Origin: Burkholderiales bacterium
GTDB lineage: Bacteria; Pseudomonadota; Gammaproteobacteria; Burkholderiales; Burkholderiaceae_C
Assembly: GCA_038245855.1 (NCBI GenBank)
Contig: JBBRSA010000015.1
Location: 8,920-72,919 of the forward strand
Reading direction: 5' to 3'
Length of the DNA: 64,000 nt
Position numbers and translations under genes: made by a program. The notes under the pieces were generated by a model. The model worked only from the letters and a program-made list of their open reading frames with translations, was not told where the DNA came from and ran no database searches. Of the stretch, positions 58,040-64,000 are shown in pieces. Each line of letters starts with the position of its first letter. Within the stretch, counting starts at the first letter, position 1.

Positions 58040-58395
58040 ACGAAAACTCCAATACAAGTGACAACCTAGTTTTGCCACGGTGCTGCAATATTGCACCCCT
58101 ACGGTGGCACCGGCGCCTTGCCACGCCCGGCGTCTGAGGTGGATGAGGAGACGGCAATTCACGGCGTCTCGGTCGTCGAAGTGAATTACACCAGCGGACA
58201 ATGGGTCACCGTGGCGGCTTCGGCGTTTAACTATCGCCTCACCAGCCTGAGTGACAACATCTAGCTCAACAGCCCAGCGCGCGTAACGCCCTGTTGGCAA
58301 CCAAGTTCGCCACAGTCGGCATCAAGTCCCAGGTCACGTTGAACCACTGCGGCACCGGCAAAACGACCTAGGGTACCTTTTTAACCGGTGCAAGC
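58040..58395 (+). pseudogene. remnant of a PhoX-like (DUF839) phosphatase gene
   Basis: Broken frames give ...DNLVLPR..LRW..., ETAIHGVSVVEVNYTSGQWVTVAASAFNYRLTS...NI* and VTLNHCGTGKTT*GTFLTG. These resemble conserved PhoX blocks (AHGVSVVE, NRRIT, NNCAGGxTPWGTYLT, from memory). Interrupted by stops and frameshifts. Confidence 0.45.
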
Positions 58396-58493
58396 TGGTC
58401 GCCAGCTGTATGCGCTCGCTACCTGTAACCACGCATAATCCGCCCATGGCTGACCAAAATTTTTGTGACCAGACGGATATTCATCCCTGCCGA

Positions 58494-59912
58494 ATGAAAA
58501 AGGCGCTGGTGTCACCTCTTTTTGCAGTGCTATTTTTCATGCTGCTTGCCGCCGTATCGGGCGCATCAGCACAAACGCCGGCCATTGTCTTTACGCCCGC
58601 TGAAGCGACGTATATCCACCAATCAGCGGGTATCAAAATGTGTGTTGATCCGGATTGGGTGCCGTTTGAGCGCATCACGCCTGACGGGCGGCACGAGGGT
58701 ATTGCCGCCGATCTGGTGCAGTTGGTAGCCCAGCGCGTAGGGCTGCGGATCACGCTTTATCCGGTAAAAAACTGGGATGAAAGTCTGGCAGCGTCCAAGG
58801 CAGGTCATTGTCAGATCATGAGCTTTCTGAACCGGACCCCCAAGCGCGAAGAGTGGCTGCGTTTCACCGAGCCGATCTTCTACGATCCCAACATCCTCGT
58901 GACACGGGAGGAACATCCTTTTGTGGCCGACATGCAAGGCTTGTCTAATGAATCGGTGGCACTGCCGCGCGGCACCATGGTGGAAGAACGCATCCGCAAA
59001 GAATTCCCCAATCTGCGCGTGGTGTTGACGGGGAGCGAGGATGAGTCGGTAGCGTTGGTGTCGGATCGTAAAGCAGATCTGACCGTTCGCTCGCTGATCG
59101 TCGCCGCTTATGCGATCAAGAAAGAAGGATTGTTCAACCTCAAGATAGCGGGGCAGGTGCCACAGTTCACTAACCAGCTGCGCATTGGCGTGTTGAAGAA
59201 CGAAACGCTGTTGCTGTCCATTCTTGATAAGGGTGTGCGCACCATTACGCCGCAAGAGCGTGAAGCGATATCCAACCGCCATGTAGCAGTCAGCGTGCAG
59301 CAGGGAATTGACTACCAGTTGCTGTGGAAAGTGGTGGCTGCCGCCTCCGGGCTTTTGCTGGTGGCTTTCTACTGGAACCGTAAGCTTAGCCGATTGAACC
59401 GGGAACTGGCGCGCCTGTCGGTCACCGACCCGCTAACCGGGCTTTACAACCGGCTCAAGGTCGACCAGACCCTGGACGTCGAAATCCAGCGCGTGCAGCG
59501 CACGGGTCAGGCTTTGAGCCTAATCATGCTGGACATAGACCACTTCAAGCAAATCAACGACACGTTTGGCCACCAGGTTGGCGATCAGGTACTGGTTACC
59601 TTGGCTGAACTATTGCGCCAGCGAACCCGCGAAATCGACGTCGTCGGGCGCTGGGGCGGTGAGGAGTTTATGGTGATCTGCCCGTACACCACGTTGGAGG
59701 GAACTTTGTTGTTGGCAGAGAACGTGCGCGCCACCATAGACGCCCACCTATTTGCACACGGCCAGCACGTCAGTGCAAGCATGGGCGTGTCGTGCTACGT
59801 GGCGGGAGATTCGGGCAAGGACTTGGTTGCACGCGCTGACGCCGCGCTCTACGTCGCGAAGAAAGCGGGCCGCAACCGCGTGCAGGTGCACAGCGTGGCA
59901 CCACCAGCCTGA
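58494..59912 (+). CDS. periplasmic solute-binding (SBP family 3)-TM-GGDEF diguanylate cyclase
   Basis: Signal peptide, an SBP_bac_3-like domain, one TM, then TDPLTGLYNRL, IMLDIDHFKQINDTFGH, GRWGGEEFMVIC. Visibly lower GC than its neighbours. Confidence 0.9.
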   Translation: MKKALVSPLFAVLFFMLLAAVSGASAQTPAIVFTPAEATYIHQSAGIKMCVDPDWVPFERITPDGRHEGIAADLVQLVAQRVGLRITLYPVKNWDESLAASKAGHCQIMSFLNRTPKREEWLRFTEPIFYDPNILVTREEHPFVADMQGLSNESVALPRGTMVEERIRKEFPNLRVVLTGSEDESVALVSDRKADLTVRSLIVAAYAIKKEGLFNLKIAGQVPQFTNQLRIGVLKNETLLLSILDKGVRTITPQEREAISNRHVAVSVQQGIDYQLLWKVVAAASGLLLVAFYWNRKLSRLNRELARLSVTDPLTGLYNRLKVDQTLDVEIQRVQRTGQALSLIMLDIDHFKQINDTFGHQVGDQVLVTLAELLRQRTREIDVVGRWGGEEFMVICPYTTLEGTLLLAENVRATIDAHLFAHGQHVSASMGVSCYVAGDSGKDLVARADAALYVAKKAGRNRVQVHSVAPPA

Positions 59913-60070
59913 TGCAACCAAATTAAGTTCGTTGACAACGAACAACGGTGACCATTCTCGGAAGGTCGTTTACCTACAAAAATGCCTTGTAAAGGCCTAC
60001 CGTGCCAAACCATGGGTGCGTGCCCGCAGTTGCTGTAATGGCTGTTAGGCTTGACATTCAAGGAGCCTTC

Positions 60071-60877
60071 ATGACACCGCATCTTTTTGACCAAGCCATC
60101 GCGCTGACAGCACAGTCCAATGACCATTTTTCAGGCCACACCAGTCCAGCGTATGCCAACATGGTGGGCCCGTTTGGCGGCATTACCGCAGCGCAGGCGC
60201 TCAACGCGGTGCTCCAGCATCCCCAGCTTCTGGGAGAGCCGGTATCGCTAACGGTTAATTTCGTTGCCGCACTGGCCGATGGCCCGTTTGATGTGCAGGC
60301 CCGCCCCGCGCGCACCAACCGATCAACCCAGCACTGGGTGGTGGAGTTTTTTCAGGCTGGGCAGACCGTGCTCACCGCCACCGTGTTTACGGCCACACGC
60401 CGTGATACCTGGGGCCTGGATGACGAGCCCATGCCTGTGGTGTCCGCACCCAGCCAAGTGCCGCCCCCGGCCATGCAGGCACCCATGGCGTTTATAAAAC
60501 GCTACGAACTGCGGCCTATTGCCGGTTATATGCCATCGGTGTGGGATGGCGGTGGCAGCAGCAGCCTGTCGCAGCTGTGGGTGCGTGACAATCCGCCGCG
60601 TCCGCTGGACTTTGCTGCGCTCAGCGCTTTTGCCGACATTTTCTTCCCCCGCGTGTTCATCCGGCGGGCCAAGATGGTGTCGGTGGGAACCGTCACCATG
60701 ACGGTGTACTTCCACGCCGACTCCGAGCAGCTTGCGGCCACCGGCTGTGGCTATTTGTTGGCCCAGGCCCGGGCGCAGGTGTTTCGCAACGGCTATTTCG
60801 ACCACAGTGCTCAACTCTGGAATGAGGCCGGTGTCCTGCTGGCGACTACGCACCAGATCGTGTATTACAAAGAGTGA
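60071..60877 (+). CDS. acyl-CoA thioesterase (double hot-dog, TesB-like)
   Basis: AAGGAG RBS. ANMVGPFGGITAAQAL... and a second half with the ...LWNEAGVLLATTHQIVYYK pattern. Confidence 0.75.
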   Translation: MTPHLFDQAIALTAQSNDHFSGHTSPAYANMVGPFGGITAAQALNAVLQHPQLLGEPVSLTVNFVAALADGPFDVQARPARTNRSTQHWVVEFFQAGQTVLTATVFTATRRDTWGLDDEPMPVVSAPSQVPPPAMQAPMAFIKRYELRPIAGYMPSVWDGGGSSSLSQLWVRDNPPRPLDFAALSAFADIFFPRVFIRRAKMVSVGTVTMTVYFHADSEQLAATGCGYLLAQARAQVFRNGYFDHSAQLWNEAGVLLATTHQIVYYKE

Positions 60878-60914
60878 TGCAATCAGGGCTTGCACGCCAA
60901 GAAAGAGGAAGACC

Positions 60915-61679
60915 ATGCAAGATGTTTTGATCCATACCGCCGGCGGGGTGACGACTCTCACCATCAACCGTTTGGACAAGAAAAATTCGCTGACAGCTGC
61001 CATGTATGGCGCCATGGCCGACACCCTGCAGCAGGCGCAGGACGATGATGCTGTGCGCGTGGTGGTCATCCAGGGCGACGTCACCGTCTTCAGCGCCGGC
61101 AATGACGTGAGTGATTTTTTGAACGGCACGCCCGCCACCCCCGACGCACCGGTGTCACGTTTTTTGCGTGCCATTGCCACCTTCCCCAAACCCTTGCTGG
61201 CGGCGGTGTGCGGCCCGGCCGTGGGCGTGGGCACCACCATGCTATTCCATTGCGATCTGGTGTATGCCGGCGACAACGCCGCGTTTTCTATGCCCTTCGT
61301 GAACCTGGGGCTGTGTCCGGAGGCGGCCTCTAGCTTGCTGGAGCCGCAGATGATGGGTTACCACCGCGCCGCTGAGGCGCTGCTTTTGGGTGAGCCGTTC
61401 ATGGCCGAGGCCGCGCAGGAAGTGGGGCTGGTCAACCGTATTGTGCCGCCGCTGGAGGCCAACGCCTTCACCCAAACCCAGGCGCGCAAGCTGGCGCTCA
61501 AGCCCCTGTCTTCTCTAGTGGAGACCAAGCGGCTGATGAAAAAAGGGCAGATGGCCCGGGTGCTGGCGCACATGGATGAAGAAGGCCTGAGCTTTGGTCG
61601 CATGCTGCGCGAACCGGCCGCCAAAGAGGCCTTCACGGCCTTTCTGGAGAAGCGCAAGCCGAATTTTTCAAAATTCTAA
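60915..61679 (+). CDS. enoyl-CoA hydratase/isomerase family protein
   Basis: TLTINRLDKKNSL...FSAGNDVSDF...AAVCGPAVGVGTTM crotonase motifs. Confidence 0.9.
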   Translation: MQDVLIHTAGGVTTLTINRLDKKNSLTAAMYGAMADTLQQAQDDDAVRVVVIQGDVTVFSAGNDVSDFLNGTPATPDAPVSRFLRAIATFPKPLLAAVCGPAVGVGTTMLFHCDLVYAGDNAAFSMPFVNLGLCPEAASSLLEPQMMGYHRAAEALLLGEPFMAEAAQEVGLVNRIVPPLEANAFTQTQARKLALKPLSSLVETKRLMKKGQMARVLAHMDEEGLSFGRMLREPAAKEAFTAFLEKRKPNFSKF

Positions 61680-61705
61680 GAACGAAATAGTGCCTTCGTC
61701 ACGCC

Positions 61706-63076
61706 ATGACACAGCCCCACACGCCGCCTCCTTCATTTACGCCGCCGCTGTGGCGCAGCTATTTGGCGTTTTTGGTGCCCATGATTCTGAGCAACATCTT
61801 GCAGGCGTTGTCGGGCACGGTGAACAACATCTATCTGGGCCAGATGCTGGGCGTGCAGGCCATGGCTTCGGTATCGGCATTTTTCCCGGTGCTGTTTTTG
61901 CTGATCGCCTTCATGATCGGGCTGGGCTCGGGTGCTGCAGTGCTGATTGGCCAGGCCTGGGGCGCGCGCGAGGTCGACCGGGTGCGTGCTATTGCTGGCA
62001 CCACGCTGACGGTGGGCTTGTGCGCCGGTCTGCTGGTGGCGGTGTTTGGTGGCACTTACACCGAGATCATGCTGCGTGCGTTGGGCACTCCGGTTGACAT
62101 CCTGCCAGGGGCCACCGCCTATGCCCGCATCATGCTGCTGGCGGCGCCGGGTGTGTTTTTGTTTCTGCTGACCACCTCCATGCTGCGGGGTGTGGGCGAC
62201 ACCAAAACACCACTGCTCACGTTGATGATCTCCACTTCCGTTGGCTTGTTGGTCACACCGGCGTTGATCCGCGGTTGGTTGGGTTTGCCACAAATGGGTG
62301 TAGCCAGCGGCGCCTATGCCGCCGTGGTGTCGTACTTGGTGGCGCTGGGTTGGACGGCATGGCACCTGCGCCGCAAGAACCACGTGCTGGCACCCGACGC
62401 GCACTTCATGCGTTACCTCACGATCAACCGCGCTCTTTTGCTAAAAGTGTTGCGCATCGGCCTACCCACGGCAGTGTCCATGATCACCGTCTCGGTGGCA
62501 GAAATCGCGGTGCTGTTTCTGGTGAATCGCTATGGCTCGCAGGCCACCGCGGCCTACGGTGCGGTGAATCAGATCGTGTCGTACGTGCAGTTTCCGGCTA
62601 TCTCCATTGCCATCACTGCGTCCATCTTGGGGGCACAGGCCATTGGCGCTGGGCGGGGCCATACGCTGGGTCATATTGCCCGTACTGGCATTGTGCTGAA
62701 CTTGCTGCTGACCGGCTCTCTGGTGCTGCTGGGTTATCTGTTTTCTCGCAGCATCGTGGGACTTTTTATCACCGATGCGAAGGTGGTCGACATGGCGCAA
62801 TCGCTCTTGCACATCATGCTGTGGAGCAGTGTGGTCATGGGCATGTCGATGGTGCTGTCGGGCCTGATGCGCGCCAGCGGTACGGTACTGGTACCTACCG
62901 TGTTGAGCATGTTGGCCATTGCCGGGGTGGAGGTGCCGGTGGCTTGGGTACTGAGCACGCACTATGGGCTCGGCGGTATTTGGGCAGCGTACCCCGTGGC
63001 ATTTTTGGCGATGCTGGGTATGCAAACAACCTACTACCGACTGGTGTGGCGCAAGAAACCCATCCGGCGGCTCTAA
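61706..63076 (+). CDS. MATE family efflux transporter
   Basis: 456 aa, 12 TM, N-terminal ...LWRSYLAFLVPMILSNILQALSGTVNNIYLG pattern. Confidence 0.9.
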   Translation: MTQPHTPPPSFTPPLWRSYLAFLVPMILSNILQALSGTVNNIYLGQMLGVQAMASVSAFFPVLFLLIAFMIGLGSGAAVLIGQAWGAREVDRVRAIAGTTLTVGLCAGLLVAVFGGTYTEIMLRALGTPVDILPGATAYARIMLLAAPGVFLFLLTTSMLRGVGDTKTPLLTLMISTSVGLLVTPALIRGWLGLPQMGVASGAYAAVVSYLVALGWTAWHLRRKNHVLAPDAHFMRYLTINRALLLKVLRIGLPTAVSMITVSVAEIAVLFLVNRYGSQATAAYGAVNQIVSYVQFPAISIAITASILGAQAIGAGRGHTLGHIARTGIVLNLLLTGSLVLLGYLFSRSIVGLFITDAKVVDMAQSLLHIMLWSSVVMGMSMVLSGLMRASGTVLVPTVLSMLAIAGVEVPVAWVLSTHYGLGGIWAAYPVAFLAMLGMQTTYYRLVWRKKPIRRL

Positions 63077-63111
63077 GCGCCGCTGCCTTCGCCATCATGT
63101 GCCGTCGCAGA

Positions 63112-63828
63112 TCAACTGCCGAGGTAGGCCTCTTGTACGCGCGGATTGCCTAACAACTCGCGACCCGTGCCTTCCAAAATGATGGAGCCGGTTTCGATCA
63201 CGTAAGCATGGTCAGAAATCTTAAGCGCCTGGCGCACGTTTTGTTCGACCAGAAAGATCGTCAAACCGGCCTGATTGATGTCGCGCAGGGTGCGAAAAAT
63301 GTCCTGCACGATGATCGGTGCCAACCCCATAGAGGGCTCGTCCAGCAGCAGCACACGCGGCTTGGCCATGAGCGCACGGCCAATGGCCAGCATCTGCTGC
63401 TCACCGCCTGACAGATTGCCCGCCAAGCCGCTGGCGCGGTCTTTGAGCACAGGGAAAAGCCCATACACATAATCCAGATCGGCGGCGCGGTTGCCCTTGT
63501 CCCGGCGGCTGTAGGCACCCAGTTCCAGGTTTTCTTGCACCGTGAGCGTCGTCAGAGTAGCGCGACCTTCCGCCACTTGCACCATGCCGCTGGACACAAT
63601 TTTGTGTGGTGGCATGGTGGTGAGGTCTTTGCGGTCGAGCACCACCCGACCGGCGGCCTTTTTCACCAGCCCGGAGAGGGCCAGCAGGGTGGTTGACTTG
63701 CCAGCGCCATTGGCGCCCACCAGGGTGGTGATCTGTCCTTCATGCAGCGCGAAATCAATGCCCTTGACGGCTTCAATATGGCCGTAGTGGACCTTCAGAC
63801 CGCTGACCTGTAACAGCGCCGCGCTCAT
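63112..63828 (-). CDS. livF: branched-chain amino-acid ABC transporter ATP-binding protein
   Basis: Walker A GANGAGKST, signature LSGGEQQMLAIGRAL, Walker B LLLDEPS, C-terminal EAYLG. Confidence 0.9.
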   Translation of the reverse strand: MSAALLQVSGLKVHYGHIEAVKGIDFALHEGQITTLVGANGAGKSTTLLALSGLVKKAAGRVVLDRKDLTTMPPHKIVSSGMVQVAEGRATLTTLTVQENLELGAYSRRDKGNRAADLDYVYGLFPVLKDRASGLAGNLSGGEQQMLAIGRALMAKPRVLLLDEPSMGLAPIIVQDIFRTLRDINQAGLTIFLVEQNVRQALKISDHAYVIETGSIILEGTGRELLGNPRVQEAYLGS

Positions 63829-64000
63829 GTCGCTGCACCCCGGTCGTCTAGAGTGACTTCGTCATCTTCGCGACCCAGGTAGGCCTCGATCACCTGCGGG
63901 TCATTGCGGATGACATCGGGACTACCGCGCGCAATGATGCGGCCGAAATTCAGAACCGCAATGTCGCTGCACAAGCCCATGACAAAACGCATGTCGTGCT
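63825..64000 (-). CDS. livG: branched-chain amino-acid ABC transporter ATP-binding protein, C-terminal part (runs off the right edge)
   Basis: ATGA overlap with livF. My translation is ...HDMRFVMGLCSDIAVLNFGRIIARGSPDVIRNDPQVIEAYLGRE... Confidence 0.8.
   Translation of the reverse strand, partial: HDMRFVMGLCSDIAVLNFGRIIARGSPDVIRNDPQVIEAYLGREDDEVTLDDRGAAT

Overview
High-GC chromosomal segment with betaproteobacterial (Burkholderiales/Comamonadaceae-like) gene content and about 56 protein genes. I saw no rRNA, tRNA, CRISPR array, transposase or integrase. LEFT 44 kb is a signalling plus envelope/osmotic-stress island. It holds a CheB/CheR-PAS fusion and three paralogous PAS hybrid histidine kinases with different partners (CheB/CheR; REC + GGDEF; REC-PAS + Crp/Fnr regulator). 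It also holds a 2.9k-aa cyclic beta-1,2-glucan synthase, three BON/OsmY-like lipoproteins, three OmpA-family proteins and glycine-zipper lipoproteins. Small stress genes include CsbD, lmo0937-family and DUF3309 peptides, and DUF4398. A ferritin-like / PQQ sugar dehydrogenase / fumC / acnA gene string completes it. RIGHT 20 kb is housekeeping: YhgE/Pip, an anion permease, selD, a TPP riboswitch with thiC-thiO-thiS-thiG-thiDE, two GGDEF cyclases, thioesterase, enoyl-CoA hydratase, a MATE pump and livFG. Main hunt result: 14 intergenic copies of a 16-bp palindrome TGTGC-N6-GCACA (usually followed by GAC). Each lies exactly 21 nt from a -10-like hexamer, which is the class II CRP-type geometry. 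They precede nearly every operon of the left 44 kb and I saw none right of 44 kb. The Crp/Fnr-family gene at 38821-39558 is the obvious candidate regulator. This reads as an undescribed Crp-type osmotic/general-stress regulon. Second result: a dispersed ~71-nt AT-rich repeat family in 5-6 copies. One copy is inserted in frame inside acnA and two bracket thiDE. Also noted: a palindromic element between thiS and thiG, a PA-IL-like lectin ORF with no stop codon running antisense into selD, and a PhoX-like gene remnant next to a lower-GC GGDEF gene. All coordinates were read by eye from the sequence. Functions come from recognisable motifs, not database searches.
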